Assembly: GCA_963664705.1 (NCBI GenBank)
Contig: OY761556.1
Span: 6,336,001 to 6,400,000, forward strand
Length of the DNA: 64,000 bases
DNA from: Acidobacteriota bacterium
Lineage (GTDB): Bacteria > Acidobacteriota > UBA6911
Direction of reading: 5' to 3'
The notes under the pieces were generated by a model that had not been told where the DNA came from, made no database searches, and saw nothing but the letters and a program-made list of their open reading frames with translations. This document shows, piece after piece, positions 30,389-40,049 of this stretch; positions within the stretch are counted from its first letter, which is position 1; each line of letters begins with the position of its first letter. The position numbers and the translations under genes were made by a program.

Positions 30389-31180
30389 ATGAGCAAGATT
30401 TTTGTGCGTGGAAGCGGCGATGTCGCTTCCGCAGTTGCGCTGATATTGTACGAAGCTGGCCATGCCGTACTTATTCATGATTCGGCGCAGCCCACTTCAA
30501 CACGGCGAAAAATGGCGTTTTGTGATGCCATTTTTGATGGGAAGGCTATGTTGGAAGGGGTACAGGCCCAGCTTGCGTCCGGTCTATCTGAGATCACTGC
30601 GCACCTGGATTCACATGATTTGATTCCCGTAACCACACTTGATTTGTCCTTCCTAATTGCTTCGATTTCACCTGATGTGTTGGTTGATGCGAGAATGAGA
30701 AAGCATTCTCAACCTGAGACTCAGATTGCATTAGCCCCATTTACCATCGGCCTGGGACCAAATTTTATCGCGGGCGTGACGGTCCACGCTGCAGTGGAAA
30801 CCGGGTATGAAGCGATGGGGCAGGTCATTTGGCAGGGAGCAACGCGGCCGTTGGAAGGGGAACCACGAACGATTGCCGGACATGCTCGCGATCGATATGT
30901 TTACGCGCCAATTGCCGGTGTATTCCGGACTACGGCGCAAATTGGGGATTTAGTTGCAGCAGGGCAGCAAGTCGCGACAATCGGGGAGACCATGCTGCAC
31001 GCGCCTATTGATGGTATCCTTCGTGGACTCACTCACGACAATGTGCCGGTGGCACAAAAGACGAAGGTCATCGAAGTCGATCCCCGAGGCAAAGAAGTAA
31101 ATATTGCAGGAATCGCGGATCGCCCAAGGCGTATCGCACAGGGCGTTTTGGAAGCCGTCAGGCAACGAACTATTTTCTAA
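30389..31180 (+). CDS. YqeB-like selenium-dependent molybdenum hydroxylase accessory protein
   Basis: VRGSGDVASAVA, RRKMAF, VDARMRK, IGLGP and LRGL...EVDPR motifs. Confidence 0.8.
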   Translation: MSKIFVRGSGDVASAVALILYEAGHAVLIHDSAQPTSTRRKMAFCDAIFDGKAMLEGVQAQLASGLSEITAHLDSHDLIPVTTLDLSFLIASISPDVLVDARMRKHSQPETQIALAPFTIGLGPNFIAGVTVHAAVETGYEAMGQVIWQGATRPLEGEPRTIAGHARDRYVYAPIAGVFRTTAQIGDLVAAGQQVATIGETMLHAPIDGILRGLTHDNVPVAQKTKVIEVDPRGKEVNIAGIADRPRRIAQGVLEAVRQRTIF

Positions 31181-31223
31181 AACAATCAGCAATCATTTCC
31201 GGCGGCACATTCACGAGGAAAAG

Positions 31224-32153
31224 ATGGATCTGCATGCGAGTTTCCCGATATCAGGAGTTACAACTTGGATTTTTCTGCCACCTATCGTGGCCTTCGTGGT
31301 TTCATTCTTTGCCTCAATGGGAGGCGTTTCGGGAGCGTTCCTCCTCCTGCCGTTTCAGATCAGTTTCCTGCATTTTGTCACTCCTTCGGTCAGCTCAACA
31401 AATTTTGTCTATAACATAGTGGCCATTCCGAGCGGCGTCTACCGCTACATCAAAGAAGGACGGATGGCTTGGCATTTGGCCTGGCTCATGATTTTAGGAA
31501 CCCTCCCGGGTGTTTTCCTTGGCTATTATTTGAGGGTTTTGTATCTCCCGAATCCCCGCACCTTCAAGCTCTTTGTTGCCTGTGTTCTTTTTTATGTGGG
31601 GATACGCCTTGCGCTGGAAATTATTTTGAAGGCTCAAAACGGCGGAGGTAATGGGCTGAACGGAAGCCTAAAGATGAATCAGAGGATTGGCATTCCCGTC
31701 AATCTCAGAACCGTCGCCTTTTCTGCAAAGAAGACAGAGTATGAATTCTGCGGAAACAGCTTTTCTGTTGCTACCACAAGATTGCTGATTCTCTCATTCC
31801 TCGTGGGAGTTGTTGGAGGTGCATATGGAATTGGTGGCGGTTCAATAATCGCCCCATTCCTGGTCGCCTTCTTTGGCCTACCGGTCTATATGGTCGCAGG
31901 AGCTGCGCTCTTGGGAACATTCCTTACCTCAATTGCAGGAGTCCTTTTTTATTCTTTGGTTCCTTTAAAACCCGGCATCTCCACTTCGCCCGACTGGATG
32001 CTCGGGATCCTCTTTGGCTTGGGCGGACTCGCAGGAATGTATTGCGGAGCGCGGCTGCAGAAACATATGCCGCAGAAATTTATCAAGATAATGTTAGGAA
32101 CTATGCTTTTATTCCTCGCTGCAAACTACGTCAGAGAGTTCTTCACTCTCTAA
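31224..32153 (+). CDS. TauE/SafE family sulfite exporter-like membrane protein
   Basis: SMGGVSGAFLLLP and GGAYGIGGGSIIAP repeated halves; multiple TM helices. Confidence 0.85.
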   Translation: MDLHASFPISGVTTWIFLPPIVAFVVSFFASMGGVSGAFLLLPFQISFLHFVTPSVSSTNFVYNIVAIPSGVYRYIKEGRMAWHLAWLMILGTLPGVFLGYYLRVLYLPNPRTFKLFVACVLFYVGIRLALEIILKAQNGGGNGLNGSLKMNQRIGIPVNLRTVAFSAKKTEYEFCGNSFSVATTRLLILSFLVGVVGGAYGIGGGSIIAPFLVAFFGLPVYMVAGAALLGTFLTSIAGVLFYSLVPLKPGISTSPDWMLGILFGLGGLAGMYCGARLQKHMPQKFIKIMLGTMLLFLAANYVREFFTL

Positions 32154-32171
32154 TCCTACGCCCAAAATCAC

Positions 32172-32340
32172 ACAATTATGATGAAACAGAAACAGGTTGG
32201 ATGGCACTTGATGCCACCCTGACACCACATGCCACGGTAGCACGAGGTGCCATCATTAAAAATGATGATGATTATAAAAAAATAAATCGCCATCATTAAA
32301 AGGCGAAAAAACAAAGTCGGCGGCAAGCATGTGGAAAAAA
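32172..32340 (+). repeat. Origin-like module copy 2 (orphan, intergenic)
   Basis: Homologous to 28239-28430: repeats, ATGATGATG...CATCAT, TGTGGAAAA at 32330-32338. Confidence 0.75.
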
Positions 32341-32745
32341 ATATGCCGAAATCAGCGAGGTTGAGAAGGTGTTGCCGCAGGGAACCTGCTGTATTGTGCT
32401 GCTCGCTGCTCCAAAACACACTGGCTCCCCCAATTTTTCACGATCATGTGTCCAGGTGGATTTTGGGCGGATATTACCTATACTGCCCAATCAAATTGAT
32501 CGCAGGGCAATTGCCATTTTTGCAATGTGATATGCAGTGGGATTTTTCAGAATTGATCGACAGCGAATCTTCCGGAGTGCTTTGGGTGCAGCGATTGTGA
32601 CACAACATATAGAGCATTCCATGATGTTGATTTGCAGTCAGGACGGAAATAATCATTCATCGGTTTTGAGAAGACCAAGATTCTTCATCGAAACACCCAC
32701 TTCTCGCTTCATAGAAAACAGAAAACCAATCGAATATGCGCGGGT

Positions 32746-33711
32746 CTATACTGACTGCTGAACTATGCTGAGATACGCCTCTTCCAACGTCGAATCCCGC
32801 ATCGCCATATATTCGATATTCTCCACGCCGATTATTCTGCGCACCTCATCTCTGATCTCCACATCCGGCTGCATATATAACGTCAGCTTTTGAACCGGGC
32901 CGTCAGTGATATGCATGACCTCCTTTATATATGGAAGATTCTGGATCTCAGGCAAAACCCGCGTCATATCTTTTCGCAAGATGATTTCCATAACGGCGGT
33001 TTTGCTGAATTTCTTCTTGACCTCTCCGGGGGTGCCGCGTGCCACAATAACCCCTTTGTTGATGATGGCAATGTAATCGCTGAGTTCATCCGCCTCCGAC
33101 ATATAGTGCGTAGTGAGAAGGATCGTTTTGCCCCTGGCCGTCAATTGGGGAATCAAGACGCGCAGTTCGTGCGCTCCCTCAGGATCAAGCCCGATGGTCG
33201 GTTCGTCCATCAAGAGGACATCTGGATCGGTAAGTATCCCCCGGGCAATGTGCAGGCGCTGCTTCATCCCTTTGGAGTATCTCTCGGTCAGGATATCGGC
33301 GGCTTCGGTTAGGTTTACCTGTTCGAGAATACTAGCGATCCGCCGGTTTGCCTCGCGGCTTGGCATATTGTTCAATGCCGCGAAATACTTGAGGTTCTGA
33401 CGACCGGTCAGCCGCCCGTATAGGCCCCTGTCACCGCCCAGAATGAGCCCGATATGCTTTCTCACAACCGTCGGATTTTTAGCACAATTCTGGCCCATCA
33501 CCAGGGCGATGCCTGCGGTCGGGGTCAAGAGCGTTGCTAGAATACGCATGGTTGTGGTTTTTCCGGAACCGTTTGGGCCTAGAAGGCCAAAAACCATCCC
33601 CTTGTCAGCGGAAAAGCTGATTCCTCTGAGCGCTTTGGTCTCCTGTTTTTTCCCGAAAAGGCCTTTCGAAACATATGTCCTCTCAAGTTTTTCACACTCA
33701 ATTGCGGACAT
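32746..33711 (-). CDS. ABC exporter ATP-binding subunit
   Basis: GPNGSGKT, YSKGMKQR, MDEPT and TTH motifs. Confidence 0.92.
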   Translation of the reverse strand: MSAIECEKLERTYVSKGLFGKKQETKALRGISFSADKGMVFGLLGPNGSGKTTTMRILATLLTPTAGIALVMGQNCAKNPTVVRKHIGLILGGDRGLYGRLTGRQNLKYFAALNNMPSREANRRIASILEQVNLTEAADILTERYSKGMKQRLHIARGILTDPDVLLMDEPTIGLDPEGAHELRVLIPQLTARGKTILLTTHYMSEADELSDYIAIINKGVIVARGTPGEVKKKFSKTAVMEIILRKDMTRVLPEIQNLPYIKEVMHITDGPVQKLTLYMQPDVEIRDEVRRIIGVENIEYMAMRDSTLEEAYLSIVQQSV

Positions 33712-33737
33712 AAAGACAACTCTCCCGTTTGAGTTTG

Positions 33738-34520
33738 TTACTGCATGTCGCGCTCTAATGCGCCGGTGTGCCGCACACGAATCTCAAAAATCCGGAAAGC
33801 TACATATGCCAAGACACAATATGAAAACCCCACAACAAGCTCATGTAAGATATCCGCTCCCGCCTTATCCATATTTGCGCCCGTCAATCCCGCCCTTGCC
33901 GCTCTAAGGCCGTTAGTGATCGGCATCGCACGAGAAATAATGGCGAACAGCTTCGGGAGGATGTCTGTCGGAATGATGGCTCCGCATAATAACATAAGTA
34001 ATCCGAGCGCGATCCCCTGAACAAAGAGCCAATTACGCGTCACCATTGAAATAAGTCCCAACAACTGGCCAAAACATATAAGTGAAAAAGCAACAGACAA
34101 CACCGCAAGAACAAGCGGTGTCCAGCTGACACCCGAGAGATGGAGGTTTGCCGCATAGCACGAGGTCGCAAGACCCAACACAAATGCGAGCAGTGCATTC
34201 GGAAAGTGCAGCACGGCTCTGGCCAGATAGTTTTTTAGTCTATTGGCTCTCGAGGCATAAAAGAACGACATTGTCCCGAAGTACAGATCATAGGAATAGG
34301 ATTGTGCAAGCCCGTTGACACTTGAAAAGGACATCGAGAATATAACGATGCCGAGGGCAAATGCACTGTTAACCGTGCTGCCGCCTAAACGCCCGATTAG
34401 GGTATACATTAGGACATTCGCTACCGGATACAAGATAATGCTCGAAATATAGCCCGGCCAATTGAGCCACATAAAAAGTCCCTTATAGGTATAGAAGCAT
34501 TGCCTGAAAAAATTAGTCAA
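33738..34520 (-). CDS. ABC-2 type permease
   Basis: About 6 TM helices; operonic with the ATPase. Confidence 0.8.
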   Translation of the reverse strand: MTNFFRQCFYTYKGLFMWLNWPGYISSIILYPVANVLMYTLIGRLGGSTVNSAFALGIVIFSMSFSSVNGLAQSYSYDLYFGTMSFFYASRANRLKNYLARAVLHFPNALLAFVLGLATSCYAANLHLSGVSWTPLVLAVLSVAFSLICFGQLLGLISMVTRNWLFVQGIALGLLMLLCGAIIPTDILPKLFAIISRAMPITNGLRAARAGLTGANMDKAGADILHELVVGFSYCVLAYVAFRIFEIRVRHTGALERDMQ

Positions 34521-34529
34521 TTCAGCCCC

Positions 34530-35324
34530 CTACCACTGTTTGCCTAAGTTGCCGCTGACGATAATCCGACGCTCGCCCCATCTGCAGAGGCCGTATGATA
34601 TCGTCAGCCAAACGGCCGATATTACGAGACACATAAACAGGTTAAACGCGATTTTTCTCAAGTTGGCGTCGTGCCCTACGGAAAACCAAAGGCTGTTCAT
34701 CGCCCATGACGACGGAATAAACATGGAAATTGCTTGAATAACCGCAGGCATTCGTTCCATCGGCAGAATATAGCCACTCAAGACGATCCCGAATGGGACG
34801 ATTCCCATAAAGAAACCGGCGCGGCCGCCAATCAGGACGATCAATACGCAAAAGAAATAGCCGATGACAACAGCACCCAAAATGGCGAAGATAAAAGAAA
34901 CCGCAAGCATAAGCGCATTTCCCACTTGGGGTGCCGTTTCTGATACGGCAAATACCGTGATCATGCCCATGATTCCCGATGGCAATTCAAAAAGAGCGGT
35001 TGCCAGAATTTTGCTGAAGAGAACCAGAGGTAGCGGCGCCGCGGAAATTAGTGTGAAATCGAGTGTCCCTGCTCCCATTTCAGCACTCATGGCCCAGCCA
35101 CCCGTTGCAATTGCACCAGCCCATACCATAATCATCGCAGCGCCGAAAGCCAGATATGTAACTGCTGCACGATTGCCCACCATTCTTGCGATATATGCGA
35201 TTGCAACGACTCCCAGGATTGCATAGAAAAGCTTCGGCAGTAAGCTGGAGCGAGCGGTCCTTATTTCCTTGCATACGGTAGATATGACGGTTCTCAGGAG
35301 TTTCTGCAAATTTGCATCCCCCAT
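34530..35324 (-). CDS. ABC-2 type permease
   Basis: About 6 TM helices; E.GAGTLD and LSGYILP...MP motifs. Confidence 0.8.
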   Translation of the reverse strand: MGDANLQKLLRTVISTVCKEIRTARSSLLPKLFYAILGVVAIAYIARMVGNRAAVTYLAFGAAMIMVWAGAIATGGWAMSAEMGAGTLDFTLISAAPLPLVLFSKILATALFELPSGIMGMITVFAVSETAPQVGNALMLAVSFIFAILGAVVIGYFFCVLIVLIGGRAGFFMGIVPFGIVLSGYILPMERMPAVIQAISMFIPSSWAMNSLWFSVGHDANLRKIAFNLFMCLVISAVWLTISYGLCRWGERRIIVSGNLGKQW

Positions 35325-35793
35325 GAAATCATCTATACACTATTATCGCTTTATCTCTCAAACTAGCACAATTCCTAAAAAGTTGCCCGATTTTCCGATG
35401 TGCTTTCCTATGCCAGAAAAGGCGATAGAGCAAACATCAACCAGTAGCTGAACAAAAAGCCAGTATAACGTGTTTTTGTTTGCTTTAACTCGATATAGCC
35501 AGGGCTCCTCGAAACCTGAAATACACGAGGCAGCGCAACGAATGATGCACTATAAATCTAAGAAGGCTAAATTCACGCCTTGTGGCTCGGTGTCGAACAG
35601 TATCCAGCATTTAGTCAGACATTAAGAACTCTGCCAAATCCGGAACTGACGCGACCGCTCAAGCCATTGCTCATAAATACTGCTGCACGCTTAATCCGCA
35701 GGGATAAACGGTGATGAATATAGCTGAATAACAAAAGCCTGTCGGAATCAACACGCAATCTCCTCCTCTTCGTTGATACCTGAGAGCAACTCC

Positions 35794-37065
35794 TTAGGCA
35801 CCGACGATGATTGTCCAGATCATCGCTGCCGTCAGAGCCACCATGATAATGCTCGTTGCGATTGTAATAATGTTGGCAAGCCTTGTGTTCCGGTATTTCC
35901 CCATCAGACCTTTTTGATTCACCAGGCGAAGCATGAAATATAGTACAAAGGGCAGCAAGATGCCGTTGGCCACCTGTGAGAGCAAAATCAGCTTAATCAG
36001 TGGAATGTGTGGGATCAGCACGACTCCAGCGCCGAAGATAATTAGAGCAGTGTAGATGGTGTAGTATGTCGGAGCTTCTGAAAACCTCTTATTTATTCCG
36101 GACTCAAATCCAAGTCCCTCGCATATGTTATAGGTTGTAGCTAACGGTAAAATCGCAGCCGACATCAACGCTGCATTTATCAGTCCCAGCGCAAACAATA
36201 CGGATGCGAATTGACCGGCCAACGGCTTGAGGGCAACTGCCGCATCGGCGGCATCCCCAATATTATGGATGCCATTAACGTGCAATGTTGCGCCACAGGA
36301 CACGATGATAAAAAAGGCCACGATGTCCGTGACGAGACAACCTATAATCACGTCCCATTTGCTCCATCGATATTGATCGGCGGTGATGCCCTTTTCCACG
36401 ATTGAGGCCTGCAGATAGAACTGCATCCAAGGAGTAATCGTCGTACCAACCAATCCGACTACCATCACGAGATACTCCGAAGAACGAGTTGTCCCTTCGG
36501 GAACAAATGTGTCCCGGATAGCAGCCATCCAGTTCGGATGCGCCATAATGGCTGACCCGGCATATCCAAAATAGATGAGCGAAAGAAACAACAGCACTCG
36601 TTCCACAGGCTTGTACCTGCCGAAAACGATGAGCCCCCAAACCGACAATGCGCCGATTGGCACAGTGATGTATTTGCTCAAACCGAAAATGCCGAGTCCC
36701 GAAGCAATCCCTGCAAATTCGGCGGCGATATTGCCGAGGTCGGCCAAGCCGAATATGAGCATAGTTAAGAAAGTTGCACGGAACCCGAACTCCTCACGAA
36801 TCAGGTCAGACAGGCCTTTTCCGGTAATTGCGCCCATGCGCGCAGCCATCTCCTGCACAACAATGAGTGCAATCGTGGTCGGAATAAGGGTCCACAAGAG
36901 CGCATAGCCGAATTTCGCTCCCGCCTGCGAATACGTCAGAATGCCTCCGGGATCATTATCAACATTGGCGGTGATGAATCCCGGGCCGAGTATTGCGATA
37001 AATGCCAATATCCTATAACGGAGGATTTTGGTAGGTTTTAGAATCCTGTTTTGCAGTTCAGACAT
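35794..37065 (-). CDS. NRAMP-family divalent cation (probably Mg2+) transporter
   Basis: GPGFITANVDNDPGG and GTTITPWMQFY motifs; RBS GGAGGAG; M-box upstream. Confidence 0.9.
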   Translation of the reverse strand: MSELQNRILKPTKILRYRILAFIAILGPGFITANVDNDPGGILTYSQAGAKFGYALLWTLIPTTIALIVVQEMAARMGAITGKGLSDLIREEFGFRATFLTMLIFGLADLGNIAAEFAGIASGLGIFGLSKYITVPIGALSVWGLIVFGRYKPVERVLLFLSLIYFGYAGSAIMAHPNWMAAIRDTFVPEGTTRSSEYLVMVVGLVGTTITPWMQFYLQASIVEKGITADQYRWSKWDVIIGCLVTDIVAFFIIVSCGATLHVNGIHNIGDAADAAVALKPLAGQFASVLFALGLINAALMSAAILPLATTYNICEGLGFESGINKRFSEAPTYYTIYTALIIFGAGVVLIPHIPLIKLILLSQVANGILLPFVLYFMLRLVNQKGLMGKYRNTRLANIITIATSIIMVALTAAMIWTIIVGA

Positions 37066-37353
37066 GATCTCCTCCGTCAGAATGCGCACTTTGAGGAGTC
37101 GGGGGCCCTTATGGAGAAACTGCCTCATCCCTCGCATTCACCGCACGAATCTGCGGCAAATGCTGCGGGCGAAGCGATATGGGGTATCAGATCACCAGCA
37201 GATCTTCCGCAGAAAAATTCTCACTACAGCCTCTACTCGGAGGCTCGTCTTTTTCTGATCTCATATAGCTTTCTGGAGGCAGATAAGAAGCTGGGAGGAG
37301 TTGTCACTCCTCCGCAGCGGAGAAATGGCTCAATGCCTGAAGGGTATCAGCCG

Positions 37354-37526
37354 GATTCCCCCACTGGTTTAAGCTTCAGCACCGCGCACCGTGAGAGGTC
37401 CGAAGACCTCAGCCACCTTAGGAAAACCCTTAACCCGGGAGTTCCTGTTCTACCCTAATCCGGCATCTTTGGATACCATAGGGCAGTGGCGTGTTTGTAC
37501 GTGGGAGCCTCGCTTACCGAGGATCC
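37354..37526 (-). ncRNA. M-box (ykoK) Mg2+ riboswitch
   Basis: Minus strand CCTCGGTAAGCGAGGCTCC...ACGCCACTGCCC...TCCAAAGATGCC...GGGTAGAACAG...GTGCTGAAGCT follows the ykoK consensus; upstream of NRAMP. Confidence 0.88.
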
Positions 37527-37654
37527 TTACAATTCGCTGAGCCTTAAAATGCATGATTTAAGACCCGTGAAAAAAATAGGCTTGGATTCAGGACATGTCA
37601 AGCAGTATGCATCTTTTTGAGGTACTGGGTGTCATTCTGGCGCTGCATGCCTGC

Positions 37655-37745
37655 CTGGCACCACGTGCTACCGTGGCACGTGGTGCCTCCCTAAAAGATG
37701 AAGATCTAAAATTGGCGGCGAGTCTGTGAAAAATCACACCACAGC
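37655..37745 (+). repeat. Origin-like module copy 3 (orphan, shortened)
   Basis: TGGCACCACGTGCTACCGTGGCACGTGGTGCC followed by ATTGGCGGCGAGTCTGTGAAAAATCACAC, homologous to 28407-28434. Confidence 0.7.
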
Positions 37746-37768
37746 AACGTGAGGATGAATAGATCATT

Positions 37769-38617
37769 TTAAGCAAGCTTGGTGGCTTGAGCTTGAAAAA
37801 ACTCCGCGTTCCAAAGCTCCAAGGATGGCAATTCATTTGATTTTACGAACCTGCGAACGTCCTCACGGGCTTGTTTCCAATCAATGGCCTTGATTCGTTC
37901 ATTCAATCGTTCGAGACACCAGGACCTATCCGCTTTGACATTCTTTCCCTTCCAAGGACCTGTTTGATTTATTGCCGAGGAGAGCAATTCATAATTCGCC
38001 GGAGTCCGGCGAGCGGTATACCAGACAAAATCGTACCAATCCCGCCCCTTCAGATATTCACGGCATAGCAATGCATGAAGCTTGCCGGCGTAGAGGCTTG
38101 ACAGATCAAATACGCAGACGGCCGAAAGGAAAGGAAAGTCCACGTGCCTGGTTTCGAAGGTTGCACCTTCCGGCGGATTCGTATCCACTTCAACCTTGAT
38201 CCTCATCTTGCGCATCGGACCTGATATCGGTCTGAAATTTAGTTGGAGCAGTTTGCCGAGCGAATCATCCTTTACAAATGCTTTGCGCACTGTCTGTCCG
38301 ACCTTCGAACGGTCATCCATCTGGAGTTCAAATCCGTAGGCCGTCAGTTCCTTTTTCGCTGTGTCGAGATAGGGCTGCAATTTAAATGATGAGTCCGGTT
38401 CTTGCAGGGCAAAATCAAGGTCTTCAGAAAAACGGTTCAATCCGTGGAAAATTCGTAGACAGGTGCCGCCCTGAAATCCGGCCTTCTGGAAGAAATCCGT
38501 TCGTCCCAGTGCTGCCAACAAAATCTCCTGGGTGATTTCGCGGAGGGCTTGTTCTTCCTCAAGACTCGAACGGCAGTTATATCCGTTCAGCCGATCCTGG
38601 ATTATCCGTACACTCAT
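37769..38617 (-). CDS. abiEii: AbiEii nucleotidyltransferase toxin (type IV TA)
   Basis: FQGGTCLR...RFSEDLDF, K..ALL.R and RDWYD motifs. Confidence 0.9.
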   Translation of the reverse strand: MSVRIIQDRLNGYNCRSSLEEEQALREITQEILLAALGRTDFFQKAGFQGGTCLRIFHGLNRFSEDLDFALQEPDSSFKLQPYLDTAKKELTAYGFELQMDDRSKVGQTVRKAFVKDDSLGKLLQLNFRPISGPMRKMRIKVEVDTNPPEGATFETRHVDFPFLSAVCVFDLSSLYAGKLHALLCREYLKGRDWYDFVWYTARRTPANYELLSSAINQTGPWKGKNVKADRSWCLERLNERIKAIDWKQAREDVRRFVKSNELPSLELWNAEFFQAQATKLA

Positions 38618-39276
38618 CTCTTCAGGTCCTTTCGCAATCCTTTAAGAAATCGCCGAACTCGCTGGGAAGAATAGTTGTTGATCAAAAGTTCAACGATCTC
38701 TGAGTCGATGCCTGCCAGCGAGTTTTCATCCACTCGCAGGCTTTCGATGACCGGCTCTGCGGATGTCCAATCAAGTCTGTGCGCATAGACGTAATCGGCC
38801 AGGGCTTTCAACGGAGATGCTATCAGGAAGCTTTCGCCGGCGAGAAAACTTGGTTCATTCCCATCCTGCTTTTCAATGCGAGTGACTTCTGCATAGAAGA
38901 CCTTCTGCGGAATCCGCGTGAAACTGAAATGCCCGAGAGGCGTCTCAAATTCGCGGGCACGATCCATGGAGGCGCTTGTAATAGCGTATACCGCTTCGGG
39001 GATCCAACCATGGTACGACAATGAAGTTTCCAGGCTGATATAGCTGGGTCCATGGATTAACTGGGCGAATATCAGCGGGTCGGGCTTTCGTCGCAGATAC
39101 TTGGGGGCAAGGCAATAAAGCCCACGGTGGATCCGGATCACCTCATTCGATTTCAGAGCCCGTTTGAGAAGAGCGAATTGGCGATTTGACGTTCCGCCAA
39201 CCCACTGCGAAAGCTCCAACAGGGTAAAGGCGCCAGTATCTGATTTCTCCAGAACGGTTTCCGTCAAACTTTGCAT
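38614..39276 (-). CDS. abiEi: AbiEi antitoxin / transcriptional regulator
   Basis: RIHRGLY, PSYISLETSLSYHGWIPE and ASPLKALAD motifs; ATGA overlap with the toxin. Confidence 0.85.
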   Translation of the reverse strand: MQSLTETVLEKSDTGAFTLLELSQWVGGTSNRQFALLKRALKSNEVIRIHRGLYCLAPKYLRRKPDPLIFAQLIHGPSYISLETSLSYHGWIPEAVYAITSASMDRAREFETPLGHFSFTRIPQKVFYAEVTRIEKQDGNEPSFLAGESFLIASPLKALADYVYAHRLDWTSAEPVIESLRVDENSLAGIDSEIVELLINNYSSQRVRRFLKGLRKDLKR

Positions 39277-39285
39277 TAATGCATC

Positions 39286-39308
39286 ATACTGTCATTATAT
39301 GACAGTAT
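39286..39308. promoter_or_regulatory. 23-bp inverted repeat, probable AbiEi operator
   Basis: ATACTGTCAT-TAT-ATGACAGTAT, 10 bp upstream of the abiEi start. Confidence 0.65.
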
Positions 39309-39410
39309 CAAGCATAAATACGATCAATCGTAGATAGGATACCATAATGCAAATCGAGCATAGTATGTCGACACTTTGTCGACATACTATGCGAAATGTT
39401 CAGTCTGCCA

Positions 39411-40049
39411 CTACTTGTTACCGACAATACAATAAAATCCAGGCTCATCAATAAACAGGCTAATGCTTAAAGCAGCTCGCTGAAAGAGATCATACATCTC
39501 GGATTTGCCGGGAAGATGATCATGCATCACGGCATGGCAGGATTCATGGTGCTTCTTAATGCCTTCCGACGAGTCCAAGTGAGCCACAACAAAAGTCCCG
39601 TCCCGTTTCAGAATTCGCGACAAGGCTAACATGGATTTTTCTTTGTCGTGAAAATGCGGAAATGAAGCAAAGCAGATGATGCTGTCGCAGGATGCGTCCT
39701 CCAAAGGAGCTTCTGCTGCATCCGCGACAACGAACCGTATATTCCCGTCCTTGTGAAGACTCTTGTTTGCCTCGATCATTCTTTCGGCAAAATCCAGTTC
39801 ATAAAGAATACCGGTTTCGGTAATTCGTTTCAGCACGAATGGAACGAGAACACCGGAGCCGCATCCTACATCCAGAACACTGTCTCCGGGTTTCAGCGGG
39901 ATCAGGGAAAAGAATCGATCGAGCGCTTTTTGGTGCAGGTCGTGTTGTCCGGATTCAGGATTCTTATAGAATGTATCCAGCCAGGTCGCAGCGCTGTCGT
40001 TAAAGAACTGTTTCCTCATCCGATAAATTTCTTCTGATGTCATGTGCAT
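39411..40049 (-). CDS. Class I SAM-dependent methyltransferase
   Basis: VLDVGCGSG motif I; FPHF motif. Confidence 0.88.
   Translation of the reverse strand: MHMTSEEIYRMRKQFFNDSAATWLDTFYKNPESGQHDLHQKALDRFFSLIPLKPGDSVLDVGCGSGVLVPFVLKRITETGILYELDFAERMIEANKSLHKDGNIRFVVADAAEAPLEDASCDSIICFASFPHFHDKEKSMLALSRILKRDGTFVVAHLDSSEGIKKHHESCHAVMHDHLPGKSEMYDLFQRAALSISLFIDEPGFYCIVGNK

Noticed and set aside
37080-37270. Remnant of an mgtE-like gene between the M-box and NRAMP
   Set aside because: Only short ORFs with no convincing similarity by eye
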